Origin: an uncultured Acidobacteriota bacterium
GTDB lineage: Bacteria > Acidobacteriota > DATKUA01
Direction: 5' to 3'
Assembly (NCBI GenBank): GCA_964408025.1
Contig: CAYOXX010000002.1
Span: 97,711 to 161,710 of the forward strand
Length of the DNA: 64,000 nucleotides
Every line of letters begins with the position of its first letter. Positions within the stretch are counted from its first letter, which is position 1. The notes under the pieces were generated by a model. That model was given only the letters and a program-made list of their open reading frames with translations, was not told the DNA's origin and did no database searches. Made by a program: the position numbers and the translations under genes. Below, in pieces: positions 29,216 through 38,989 of this stretch.

Positions 29216-29737
29216 TCAGGTTAAGCCCCCCCCCTGCTCGACAGACCCGAGGTACATCCCGCTGACATAACTGCCGTCTGCGTTGCAGCGGGTCAACTTG
29301 AAAATCATCTTGCCGGAATCCGTATTGAACGGTATTTTCAGCAGCTTTCCTCCCTTCGCAAACCGCGGAAGCCGTTTAATCGGCTCGTTCTGCTCCTCTT
29401 CGCTCTGAATGATCAGCTTGTTGCCGGCCCAGCTGCCGTCGTAGAGGGGCCAAGTCCTGAAGCCCAAGACCGACTGCGGCGGCGCAAACTGGTCCTCGAC
29501 ATACCCGGGCACAACCGCGCATCCGTAGACGACGCCGCCCTGCTCGACGAAATGCATATAGATCGGGAGATTGAAATCACCCTCCGGATCAGGTTCGAGC
29601 TCCACCACATCAACGGAATAGAAGCCGAGATACTGTGTGCCATCGAGTGTAACGGCTGGTGCCTTATCTTCGTTCGCATAGGCTGAGATTGGCGAAGCGA
29701 ACATCAATAACGCTAAGCTTAACAGCAATTTACGCAT
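29216..29737 (-). CDS. Secreted hypothetical protein (signal peptide MRKLLLSLALLMFASPISAYA)
   Basis: ORF track. A poly-G tract of about 8-9 nt (the C-run at about 29226-29234) lies 5 codons before the stop. Confidence 0.5.
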   Translation of the reverse strand: MRKLLLSLALLMFASPISAYANEDKAPAVTLDGTQYLGFYSVDVVELEPDPEGDFNLPIYMHFVEQGGVVYGCAVVPGYVEDQFAPPQSVLGFRTWPLYDGSWAGNKLIIQSEEEQNEPIKRLPRFAKGGKLLKIPFNTDSGKMIFKLTRCNADGSYVSGMYLGSVEQGGGLT

Positions 29738-30023
29738 GATTATCCCTCGTTCGGATGCTCAGTTATTACAACCTGTTTCTTAGTTTACCCTGAGCTCGGT
29801 TAATAATTAATTCCTTCGCAGACATTATCATGAGATGAAAAGTACAGCAAATGGTCACGTAATGCGACGCAGCTATCGCTTTGCGGTGGGGCCAGAACGG
29901 AGCGTTCTTAGTGATTAAATAGTCCTAATGCAACAAAGTTCAAGTGACACCAAGAGGTCGGCAGACTCCGCAGGTTGTTAGAATAGCGATTAATTTTCGT
30001 TGTTGCTGTGCCGGCCGACTCCG

Positions 30024-30317
30024 TTACGGCATCTTGGCAATGATTCTATACATCTCCTCTGGCGAAACGGCCTGCAGAGTTTCGGTCCTGACATTGCCCA
30101 GGGAGCCGGTGCTCAGGGCAAGGGCCGAATAGGTCTCCAGATCCGGCGCATCCCCGATGACCACCATGTCGTGGCACCCAACGGTGTAGTATAAAGCCTT
30201 GATTGTAACTCCCATTCCCTCTGCCACCTTCTTAAAGGCTTTGGCTCGCTGGACTGTGTCCCTAATGTTCGTAATGCCTTGTGAGGTGAAATCTACCAAG
30301 CTTATGTAGGTTGGCAT
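30024..30317 (-). CDS. GYD domain protein
   Basis: 97 aa with the GYD-family signature (SLGNVRT). AGGAGG Shine-Dalgarno 7 nt upstream. Confidence 0.7.
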   Translation of the reverse strand: MPTYISLVDFTSQGITNIRDTVQRAKAFKKVAEGMGVTIKALYYTVGCHDMVVIGDAPDLETYSALALSTGSLGNVRTETLQAVSPEEMYRIIAKMP

Positions 30318-30852
30318 GACCGCCCTCCTAAGTTATAGGTTTGTGTTGCGACCATCATGAGAGATCGCATGATCTATATAGCTGTTGGGAAACTGACCAG
30401 AGGATACCTTTTTGGATACCGTTTATCAATGGCGGCGAAATGCGGTAAAGAGAGACCGAGAGAGGTGTCGCTTTCTGGCAAGCCGTTTCTGTCCCGAGTT
30501 GAAGCAGCTCGAAGATTCCTTGTGTTCAGCATGTCGATGTGCTCGATGATCATCGGGATTTAGAGAACGATTAAGTCTTTAAATGTTTCGATTTAGGAGT
30601 GTCAACTTTCGTCTTGGCTTGTTAACTCCCTCCTTCAGCGCGGCCCTGGCCAACGGGAACACTACTCCACGCCCCAGATACAATGGAAACAAACCTCGAC
30701 AAACCCGTCGCGCGACCAGTTATTGAGCGGGCAGATACAGTAACGACCTCCGGGTAGCCATTCCAAAACCAGCCCCGCGAGATGCGGTATTGTGCCAACG
30801 CGGAGTCTCGTGGATCATGCATGGAATTCGGAGTTCAATGTAATTCCTCAGT

Positions 30853-32967
30853 CTATCGCTCGAGATTCTGTAAAGCTTCCTGGATCTCAGGTTGGTTGGG
30901 ATTCAGATCCAGCGAGCAACGCCAGGCCTCCTCGGCGCGGTCATGCTGCCCCAGGAGCCGGAAAGTCTCTCCGAGGAGGTTGAAAGCCTCGGTGCTGCCG
31001 GGCTCCTGTGTTACCAGCCTCTGGAGAAACCTGGCTGCCCTGTCGTAGCGCCCGAGGTTGAAGTAGCTGACGCCGATGGGGCGCAACAGTTCCGGGTTTA
31101 GGGGGTCGTCGGCCGCCAACGGCTCGAGCAAGCGCAGCGCCTCTTCGAACCTCTCTGCTTCCATGTACAGTCCGGCCAGCTCGAGACTGCATTCGTCGCA
31201 ACTGGGATCGACTTGGAGGGCGGATAGGCAGGCGGCCTCGGCTCGCACCTCATCGCCCTGGAGCCTCCACATGCGGCTCTGGGCCATTAGCACTTCGGCG
31301 GAGCCGCGTACGAGCCTCCGCCCGCCGTGTGGAGTCGGGGCCGGCAGTTGAGTCGCGCTCAGCTCGAACGCGGCTGTAGCGGTTAAGCTCTCGCCCTCGC
31401 CGCCGAAGTCGACGTTCAACTCCAGGGTATGGCTGCCCGGCTCGAGCTCTGCCGTCGGCAACCGCATGAAGAGGTGGAAGAGCCCGGTGTCGTTGAACCG
31501 GCTCTTGGCGATCGAGTTCTGTCCCGCAATCCTCTCCTCCCCCGAGGCGTCCACGACGCTGTGGCGGATCGATATCGCCCCCGGCGATTCCGAGCGCCTT
31601 TCCGGCGGCAGGTAGAGTTGGCAATAGAAGAGCATCGGCGCGCCGCGGGCGAATCGGCGTCTGGGGTTAGGCAACAGCTTCAAATCGGCGCACTGGAAGG
31701 GTCGGGCGGAAATTATATCGCGCTGCTCCAAGTCCTCGAATTCCCGCACCGGTATGATCTGCCCGACGCCTGCAACGTCCGGCGGAGAGGCCGGCACGAC
31801 TATGTCTTCGGAAAGCAGATAAATCTCGCGCGAAACCTTGTTTTTAAGCAGGATGTTTAAACGGAAGCGCCCGGGCACACAGACCGTCTGGCCCTCGAAG
31901 AGGAGAGGCTGCAAGCGGGCCTCCTCGAGCTGCCGGGGAGTGAAGCTGAATTCGAGATCTTCGGTCACGGAGTGGACTGTGCGGCCATCAAAGTCGGCCA
32001 GCCGGACGTCGACATCGAATGCGCCATATATAGAATCCTCGTATCGGCCCAGGACAATTTGATCCAGTCCAAATTCGATGGCGTAGCTTATGTATGTGTC
32101 GCCGCGCTCGACCAGGTGGGGAAGCACTACGTTGTACATGTTGGCCGAGCTGAAGCTGTATTCGGTGGTGACCTGTTCTTCCCCGACAAGAATGCTATCG
32201 GCGTAGCCGGCATCTATTCCCACGTTCCGTATCTGCTCTATCCTGCTCAGCAGAGTCAGCGACGCCAAGCTGGGTCTGTCGGGTCTGTAGCCTCCCCCCG
32301 AGGGCAAATAGTTGTATGCGGCTCGAGCCAGCTCGGTATCCAAACGCCTGAGCGCCTCGTCGGTAGTCATTTGCGGATTGACCGTCACCACTAGAGCCCC
32401 TGGGCCGTCCATGACGGGGTTGTAAAGCACGAACTCGCCGGCACCGAAGCGCTGGAAGAAGATCAGATAGAAGAAGGGCGGTACGCCCAGCACAGGATCC
32501 ACCTCGTAGAACCACAATTCCATCGGGTAGGTGCTTCCACCGCTGGGGTACGTGTGCCTGGCTCTGGGAGGACCCAGGGTAATGTAGATGCGTCCCCGGT
32601 CGGTCAGCGAACCGCGTCTGGTGGCGCCCCGACTAAATATCCTGTCGGCGTACTCCAAGCGGCGCTGGTGCTCCTCGCGATACTCGTTCCTCTCAGTGCC
32701 GGGGGTAGGGTCGCGCATCTCCCAGAACATTGCGGCGAAGCGCTCGCGCTGCTCCTCGGTCTCCAGTTGTATGAAGACTTCCCGCTCACGGTCGGAGATG
32801 ATGTGCACTACCTCCTGGTTGAGCCATCGTTCCCACCTCGAGGCGAGCCGTTCCCGATCCTGCACGGAGGCGGAAGCCGTGATGGCAAGCGAGCAGTATG
32901 AGGTAACCAGCATCGCGGCAACCGACGCCCTTAGGACCAGCTTCCTCAGGATGGCCGCACGCAGCAT
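30853..32967 (-). CDS. GWxTD-domain protein with C-terminal TPR repeats, secreted. Start trimmed to MLRAAILRK
   Basis: Motif ITLGPP...YPMELWFY, typical of GWxTD proteins. A TPR-like helical C-terminus. Confidence 0.55.
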   Translation of the reverse strand: MLRAAILRKLVLRASVAAMLVTSYCSLAITASASVQDRERLASRWERWLNQEVVHIISDREREVFIQLETEEQRERFAAMFWEMRDPTPGTERNEYREEHQRRLEYADRIFSRGATRRGSLTDRGRIYITLGPPRARHTYPSGGSTYPMELWFYEVDPVLGVPPFFYLIFFQRFGAGEFVLYNPVMDGPGALVVTVNPQMTTDEALRRLDTELARAAYNYLPSGGGYRPDRPSLASLTLLSRIEQIRNVGIDAGYADSILVGEEQVTTEYSFSSANMYNVVLPHLVERGDTYISYAIEFGLDQIVLGRYEDSIYGAFDVDVRLADFDGRTVHSVTEDLEFSFTPRQLEEARLQPLLFEGQTVCVPGRFRLNILLKNKVSREIYLLSEDIVVPASPPDVAGVGQIIPVREFEDLEQRDIISARPFQCADLKLLPNPRRRFARGAPMLFYCQLYLPPERRSESPGAISIRHSVVDASGEERIAGQNSIAKSRFNDTGLFHLFMRLPTAELEPGSHTLELNVDFGGEGESLTATAAFELSATQLPAPTPHGGRRLVRGSAEVLMAQSRMWRLQGDEVRAEAACLSALQVDPSCDECSLELAGLYMEAERFEEALRLLEPLAADDPLNPELLRPIGVSYFNLGRYDRAARFLQRLVTQEPGSTEAFNLLGETFRLLGQHDRAEEAWRCSLDLNPNQPEIQEALQNLER

Positions 32968-33121
32968 CGAAGAACAATTGGTGCATCCGGGTAAACCCGG
33001 AGGATTCGAGATCATGTTGCGATTCATCTGCATCGGCCCTTGTCGTTCAAGACCTGGAGGCAATTGCCAGGCAACAGTGTCGCCCATTCCCCGGAGCGTT
33101 TGCCGGGCGGTTAGTTTCGAG

Positions 33122-34315
33122 TCAAATGATAGCCCTCAGCAGGTTACCTATTATAACACCGAGATACGTGCCGATAACGTATCCCCAGATGCCTACCAGG
33201 AGCGCGGGCAGCACCAGGTCCTTCCAGCCCTTGGCGATGGCCATCGCCGCAGCGTTCATCGGGCCGCCCAAATTGGCACTGACGGATAGCGACAGGTCCT
33301 CGAGTTTCATCTTGGTAAGCTTGCCGATCGTAAAGGTTACGAAAAAGTTCACCGCCGCAATCACTACGCAGAAAAGGAAAAGAACGGGTGCGCGCTGGAC
33401 GATCAGCCAAATGTCGGCTGGAATGCCTATGGTGAAGAAGAATATGTAGATCAGGTAGGTGCCCAGCTCGTCGGCGCCGCTTATCTTTGCAAGCTGCTTA
33501 TGGAACAGTGTCGCGATGATGACGCAGAAGGTGGTGATCAGCAGGAATTGGTTCCCAAGGATATCCCTGACTATTCCGGGCAGCGCCGAGGCGGAGATCA
33601 GCTCCGAGAGCTTGCTGGACACAGCGGCGATGCACACCGCAATGCCGAGCGCCTTGGCGATGTCCAGCAGCGAGATCTCTTTCTTCTTCCAGAAGCTGGC
33701 GGCCTGCAGGGAACTATCACCCCCCTCGGTTTCCACCTCGAGCTGGTGCGGCATGGGGTAGTTCTTGCGAAAGAACTTGAAATTGGTCAGCGATATGAGA
33801 ATCAGGAACATCCCCGCCATGATGACGTTGTCGGCAACCAGGAGCGAATTGGTGAGCTCCTCCGGGGGCCTGAAAGTGGCCGCCAGGGAGAAGAAGTTCA
33901 CGCCGCCGCCGGTGTAGCTCCCGGTCATGATCCCGGATAGCTCGGCCACGAACGGCACTATGCCGTTGAAGATGAATGCCGCCACAATCGCTCCGATCAG
34001 CGTCCCCAGGGCGCTGACGTGGAAGGCGCCGAACATCGAGCCGCTCGTGCGCACGATGTTGAAGATGTTGGCCCTGAACAGCAGGAGGGGAATGGAAACA
34101 GGAACTATATAGCTCCAGATGAGGTCGTAGCTCGGCGACTGGATGGGGAAGATCTTCAGGTTGGACAGGGCTATGGCCGCGATCAGCACAATAACGGGGC
34201 CGGTGATCTTCGCGGCCCAGCGGAAATGCTGCTCCAGGTAAATGCTCACCGCGACGCAGGCGAGCATAATTCCCCACAGCAACCACGCATCGTCTGGATG
34301 AATCAGGGAGTCCAT
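33122..34315 (-). CDS. Polytopic membrane protein, DUF819/YjcL-like
   Basis: About 11 TM segments. Weak family recollection. Confidence 0.45.
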   Translation of the reverse strand: MDSLIHPDDAWLLWGIMLACVAVSIYLEQHFRWAAKITGPVIVLIAAIALSNLKIFPIQSPSYDLIWSYIVPVSIPLLLFRANIFNIVRTSGSMFGAFHVSALGTLIGAIVAAFIFNGIVPFVAELSGIMTGSYTGGGVNFFSLAATFRPPEELTNSLLVADNVIMAGMFLILISLTNFKFFRKNYPMPHQLEVETEGGDSSLQAASFWKKKEISLLDIAKALGIAVCIAAVSSKLSELISASALPGIVRDILGNQFLLITTFCVIIATLFHKQLAKISGADELGTYLIYIFFFTIGIPADIWLIVQRAPVLFLFCVVIAAVNFFVTFTIGKLTKMKLEDLSLSVSANLGGPMNAAAMAIAKGWKDLVLPALLVGIWGYVIGTYLGVIIGNLLRAII

Positions 34316-34564
34316 CAGGTTGTTTCCTCCTCTTTCCGTCCAATTCTGTAACGGTCCGAAGCGGACGATACCGGCAAGCCAGGTCTTTGAGGCCGTATCC
34401 AGCTCCTCGCCCGCGGCATAGTGATGAAGTTACCCACGCACGCCAACCGGCCGGTCTCTTAGAGGTTTATCGCCAGCGCGGCGAAGCTGAAGGAGTATCT
34501 AGCGGCATAGGTTTCCGAATCGTCCACCGGCAACCGCCCTCGAGCTGCATACCTTGGCTGTCGG

Positions 34565-36274
34565 TCAATTATCAATCGGTTCGAACTCGACATAGGCCAT
34601 CACTATGCTCTCGACGTTGCCCTCCTCGTCGAGGCGGAACTCGAACTGCTGGTCTTGGTACATCCCCGAAGAGGGCATGTCGAATAGCGTTTCGCTGACC
34701 GGTGTCAGCCTGTAGTCGAACTCGTTCTCCACGAAAACATAGAGATGTCCGTGCCGGATCGAGACGACTGCCGGTATGAACTCCTGTCCGTAGCTGCCGA
34801 CGTACCCCTGCCAATGGCTCGGTGGCGTCGGGATCTGGTCCGGATCGACCCTCGCAAACCCCATGTCGTTGTATCGGAACTCGGTTGCTATTCCATCCTC
34901 ACCGCGAACGAACGTAACTTGAGCGCCCTCCACCAGCTTACCGCGGGCGAAGTACTCTGTCTCGCTCAGGGGAAGCAGTTCCATCGGCTGGCCGGAGAGG
35001 TTCAGTATGAGCCTTCCATCCTCCGAATTGATCTCCGCCCAGTACATGTGCGACTCGTATTCCCCCGCGTAGTCCTCCCAGATACTGCTGTCAACCTCGA
35101 CAAATTGCGGCGGCTCCGGAGGCGCCTCGCCCAGCTTTGCCTCCAGCATCAGCTCCAGGGCTCGGTTCCTGATCCTGTAGAGTGGGCCTGTGGCGATGTC
35201 CTCGTTCACAAGTACGACAACGCCGATCTTCGCGTCCGGCAGGGCGGTGACGGCGGATGTGAATCCGAAAACCGCGCCGGTGTGGCCTACCGCCCTGTGG
35301 CCGCGGAACTCGCCTAGGACGTAGCCGAGACCGAAGCGCCTCGGATGCTCTTCGGTCGAGAATTGTGCCTGGAACATCCGCTCCAGCGTCTCGGATTCCA
35401 GGATCTGATTATCGCCGGCCCTGCCCTCGGCAAAAATGAACGACAGGAAGCACCCCATGTCTTCCACGGTCGAGTAAAGATTGCCCGCTGGCAGCGTACC
35501 CAGCTCGAAGAGGGGTGCCGCGATGTTTCGCCCGTCGGCGACCCACATGTAGCCCGTGGCCAGGTGCTCCCTGATCTCGGGAGTCGCCAGGAAGTCGCTG
35601 CTGGTCAAGCCCATCGGCTCCAGCAGGTGCTCTCGCTGGTACTGGACGAAAGGCTCACCGGATACCAGTTCCAGTATGTAACCGACGACGGTCACCGCGA
35701 TGTTCGAGTACTTGGTTCGAGTTTCCGGAGGGTATACCAGCTCGGTGTCAAAGATGCTCTCGACCGTTTCCCGGACCGTGGGCTCGGTGTCGTCGAAGTA
35801 GCTGCCGACCGGCGGCTCCCTGGGGAAGCCGGAAGTGTGGCTCATAAGCTGCCGCAGCGTCGTTGGCGTCTCCGTCTCGAAAGGCCTCCCGATGGAGAAG
35901 TCCGGATAGTAAGTGGTGATGTCGGCGTCGAGATCGATACTGCCAGCCTCCACCAGCTGCATCACGCCCATGTCGGTGAACAGTTTCGATATCGAGCCGA
36001 CCCTGTAGATAGTCTGCGCGTCGGCCGCGACCCAGTCTTCGCGGTCCGCCAGGCCAAACCCTTGCGCCCAGACGATTTCCTGGTCGTCCACCAGGGCGAT
36101 TGACAGGCCCGGGATCAGGCCGCGCTCCAACTCCTCGTTGATAAACTGCTCGAGCTGCTCGATGGCGCTCGAATAGATCGTAGCTTCTTGGGTAGGAGGA
36201 CAGCCGACGAACGCAGCCAGACCCGCCAACGCTCCCAGAACCAGAACCAGCTTCCGAATCACTCCAGGGAACAT
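34565..36274 (-). CDS. Beta-lactamase-family serine hydrolase (class C / PBP4*-like), lipoprotein, with a C-terminal extension
   Basis: SISK (SxxK) motif and a lipobox VGC. Confidence 0.7.
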   Translation of the reverse strand: MFPGVIRKLVLVLGALAGLAAFVGCPPTQEATIYSSAIEQLEQFINEELERGLIPGLSIALVDDQEIVWAQGFGLADREDWVAADAQTIYRVGSISKLFTDMGVMQLVEAGSIDLDADITTYYPDFSIGRPFETETPTTLRQLMSHTSGFPREPPVGSYFDDTEPTVRETVESIFDTELVYPPETRTKYSNIAVTVVGYILELVSGEPFVQYQREHLLEPMGLTSSDFLATPEIREHLATGYMWVADGRNIAAPLFELGTLPAGNLYSTVEDMGCFLSFIFAEGRAGDNQILESETLERMFQAQFSTEEHPRRFGLGYVLGEFRGHRAVGHTGAVFGFTSAVTALPDAKIGVVVLVNEDIATGPLYRIRNRALELMLEAKLGEAPPEPPQFVEVDSSIWEDYAGEYESHMYWAEINSEDGRLILNLSGQPMELLPLSETEYFARGKLVEGAQVTFVRGEDGIATEFRYNDMGFARVDPDQIPTPPSHWQGYVGSYGQEFIPAVVSIRHGHLYVFVENEFDYRLTPVSETLFDMPSSGMYQDQQFEFRLDEEGNVESIVMAYVEFEPIDN

Positions 36275-36496
36275 GTTACCCTCCTTGCCTGTAGTGTTAT
36301 CCGGTGAGGCTCCCCTTAAAGAAGCCGCTCCATCCGGTATCGGATCGGCGACCAGAAATCTAACATTGCAAGTACGGTACCGCGCGTCGCCCGTTTAAGT
36401 CAACCTATCGCTCGAAGGCCGCCCGCGGCTGTACGCGTTGCGAGGCGCGACGCGCCTCGGGCCACGACCGGAAAATCGGTATCGATATTACTATAG

Positions 36497-36829
36497 AATG
36501 CATCGAGATTATCGCGCTCGAAGCGGAATAGATGCGGGCGGAATTCAGGGCGCGGCTTCGGCTCGTCAACGGACGGCAGAATCAAGCACGACAGCATGGG
36601 CGCCGCTTGCATCTGGTCGTACACCTGGGGCGGCGAGTTCTTCGGCACCTCGTGCGCCACGCCGATGGCAGTCGGGCACATGGCCGTACTCAAGTCCAGC
36701 AATCCGAAGTTGCGTTCCTCCCGCCTTCGCAGGACTCTTGAGGCCAGCGCCGTGGACGCCGGGGAGGAGGGTAAGGACAACAGCTTCGGCTCCGGCCTGC
36801 TCCGCCTCCCGAAGCTGAAAAAGAAGTAA
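36497..36829 (+). pseudogene. Remnant of a subtilase (S8) peptidase. Only the catalytic-Ser region GTSCATPMAVG plus the C-terminus survive
   Basis: The Ser motif is readable in the frame of ORF 36596..36829. The upstream frame lacks the Asp and His boxes. Confidence 0.35.
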
Positions 36830-36899
36830 GGAGACGCGCCAGCGCGCTTAACAAGATACATAATTAAACTGCAATCTGATTTCCAGAGGAGCCCAGCCG

Positions 36900-37592
36900 A
36901 TGCCGGCACCTGAAGATGACATCATGCCCATCGGAGAGCGGTTTGAACTTCCCTTTCTGGTGCCATACTACTGTCAATTCTGCAGCCCCGAATTGGTGCT
37001 CGACATCATCAGCGGGCGCGTACGGGCGGAGGATGATCCCCGCTGGGCCGAGTTCGGTGCGCGAACGAAGCGTCAATACGCCTACTGGGCCTGGCGGGCT
37101 TGCGGCATCGCATGCTTGAAGATGGCAATCGAGGCTCTTGGCGGGCCCATGCGCCCGATGATGTATTGGATCGAGGCCGCGCTGGCGATCGATGGTTTTA
37201 TACAAGAGCGCCGGGCCCAAAAGGGTAAGCCGTCGGGGTGGATACACCGCTCTCTGGCGGAGCTCGGCAGACAGAATGGCCTGGTGGGTGAGTGCCGGGC
37301 GCCGGTGGATACCGAAGAAATAGCCCGCTGCCTGGATCGCCGGCAGGTGGTCATTGCCTCGGTCTCTCATGAATTGGGCGAGTGGGGACCGGTTACCCGC
37401 AACACCGGTCATATGGTCGTCGTGCACGGCTACTCGCGCCTCGACGGCCTACTCGAAGCGCTGTTGGTAAACAACCCGTCCGGACGCTATCCAGAGCTGC
37501 GGCAGAACTGCTGGATTCCCGAAAAAAGGTTTTCGGCCGCATTCAGCGGCAGAATCATTCTCTTCGCTTCAAAGAAGAACCAACGCGATTAG
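36900..37592 (+). CDS. Putative C39-like papain-fold cysteine peptidase domain protein
   Basis: Cys in ACGIACLKMA and a His in GHMVVVHGY, in an arrangement compatible with a C39_2-like fold. Confidence 0.4.
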   Translation: MPAPEDDIMPIGERFELPFLVPYYCQFCSPELVLDIISGRVRAEDDPRWAEFGARTKRQYAYWAWRACGIACLKMAIEALGGPMRPMMYWIEAALAIDGFIQERRAQKGKPSGWIHRSLAELGRQNGLVGECRAPVDTEEIARCLDRRQVVIASVSHELGEWGPVTRNTGHMVVVHGYSRLDGLLEALLVNNPSGRYPELRQNCWIPEKRFSAAFSGRIILFASKKNQRD

Positions 37593-38773
37593 GATCGGGA
37601 AGTCAAGCGACCTAGCGTCTTAATCACACGGCTTATCTGTTCCTGCGTATGCATTGCGGTGACGACCATGCGGAAGAATCCGTGCTCTGGGCCGCCGGGG
37701 TAGAAGTTGTAAGGAACCAATTGGTCACTATCCAGCAACTCCTTATGGATTTTAAGGTTGTATTCCTTATCGCCCAGCACAAACACTGAAATCGGTGTGG
37801 GGCCATCCTCGAATTCTATCCCCAACGATCTGAGTCCGGATTTCAACAATTCGGTATTCCTTCGCAGGCTGGCCCGCAAGGTGGTGTCGCTGGACACGAT
37901 ATCTATTGAAACCATAGCGGCACAGGCAATCGCGGGGGGAAGCGGCGTAGACCCGATGTAGGCATCGCTGTGCTCGCGCACTAATTCAGTCAGCGGCTTG
38001 TCGCCGGCGACAAAGCCACCAAAACAGCCAAAAGCCTTGCTCAGAGTGCCGGTCTGGTATACGCAGTCGGGCGGCAATCCCAGGTGCTCCAAGGTTCCCC
38101 TTCCGTGCTTGCCGAGCACTCCGACGCCGTGGGCGTCGTCCATCAGGATCGCCGCCTCCCACTTTCGCGCCAGCTCCTGGTACGCGCAGATAGGAGCCAA
38201 GGCGCCAGAGGCGAAGACGCCGTCGGTGCAGATCAAAGCCTTCTGTCCGAGAGAATGATGTTCCTGAAGTTTCGATCCGAGGTCATCGACATCGCAGCTA
38301 CGGAACGTCGCCATCGGCATCGCTGACCCGTTTACCGCGTCCCTTACGCTGCAGTGGGCTCCCTCGTCCAGCAGGCAGATATCAAACATGCCTTGTAGGG
38401 CCTGCAAGAGGATGAGATTGATCATGTAGCCGCTGCAGCAGGTGACGACGTTTGGACGCTGCAAGGCCTCGGCTAGTTTTTGTTCCAGCTCGAGGTGTGC
38501 GGCGGCACTGCCGGTAGTCTGGCGCGAGCCGGCGGAGTTCATGCCCCATTTGATCAGCCCTTCCTGGGCGGCGAGAATCACTTCCTGGTTGTAGCTCATC
38601 CCGAAGTAATTAGTCCCCCCAAAATAGGTGGCCGCTTTGCCGTCCAGGTTCACGACGGTTTTGGCAGCGCTGCCTAAGACGATACTCGACATATCGGTGG
38701 CCCTGCACGTCAAGATCAGGCTTTGAGAAACGAGCGCCCGATAAAGCGGCTTATCCGACCTAGTTGACTGCAA
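37589..38773 (-). CDS. Alpha-oxoamine synthase family PLP enzyme (BioF / Kbl / SPT / CqsA-like). The start may be the internal MSSIVLG at about 38692
   Basis: MDDAHGVGVLGKHGRG and the PLP-Lys motif TGTLSKAFG. Confidence 0.7.
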   Translation of the reverse strand: MQSTRSDKPLYRALVSQSLILTCRATDMSSIVLGSAAKTVVNLDGKAATYFGGTNYFGMSYNQEVILAAQEGLIKWGMNSAGSRQTTGSAAAHLELEQKLAEALQRPNVVTCCSGYMINLILLQALQGMFDICLLDEGAHCSVRDAVNGSAMPMATFRSCDVDDLGSKLQEHHSLGQKALICTDGVFASGALAPICAYQELARKWEAAILMDDAHGVGVLGKHGRGTLEHLGLPPDCVYQTGTLSKAFGCFGGFVAGDKPLTELVREHSDAYIGSTPLPPAIACAAMVSIDIVSSDTTLRASLRRNTELLKSGLRSLGIEFEDGPTPISVFVLGDKEYNLKIHKELLDSDQLVPYNFYPGGPEHGFFRMVVTAMHTQEQISRVIKTLGRLTSRS

Positions 38774-38989
38774 AACCTATACCATCATCTGGACTTCGTT
38801 GCGCCGGGCTCTCCGTCCCCGGGAACTATTAGCGCGGATTCGAGGTGCGCGCATTGTGTAGCGCCTCGATTTGTGTACAATAGAAGTTACAAAACCATCT
38901 GTTGTATACGAATCTGGAGATCTCAAGCATTGCGACTTGCGCACCCCGTACTGCGCTGCTGACCACGTATCAAGGAGATGTGAATTGGG

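Noticed and set aside
29226-29234. Poly-G (C-run) tract as a phase-variation switch fusing the 173-aa and 135-aa proteins
   Set aside because: The downstream frame has a TAA immediately after the tract, so slippage cannot fuse the two ORFs. It would change only the last few residues. My manual count of the tract (8) also disagreed by one with the machine ORF track (which implies 9), so it is reported only as a caveat.
36400-36909. Minus-strand 169-aa ORF and plus ORFs 36438..36818 and 36532..36741
   Set aside because: They have no homology or features. The region is better explained as a decayed subtilase gene.
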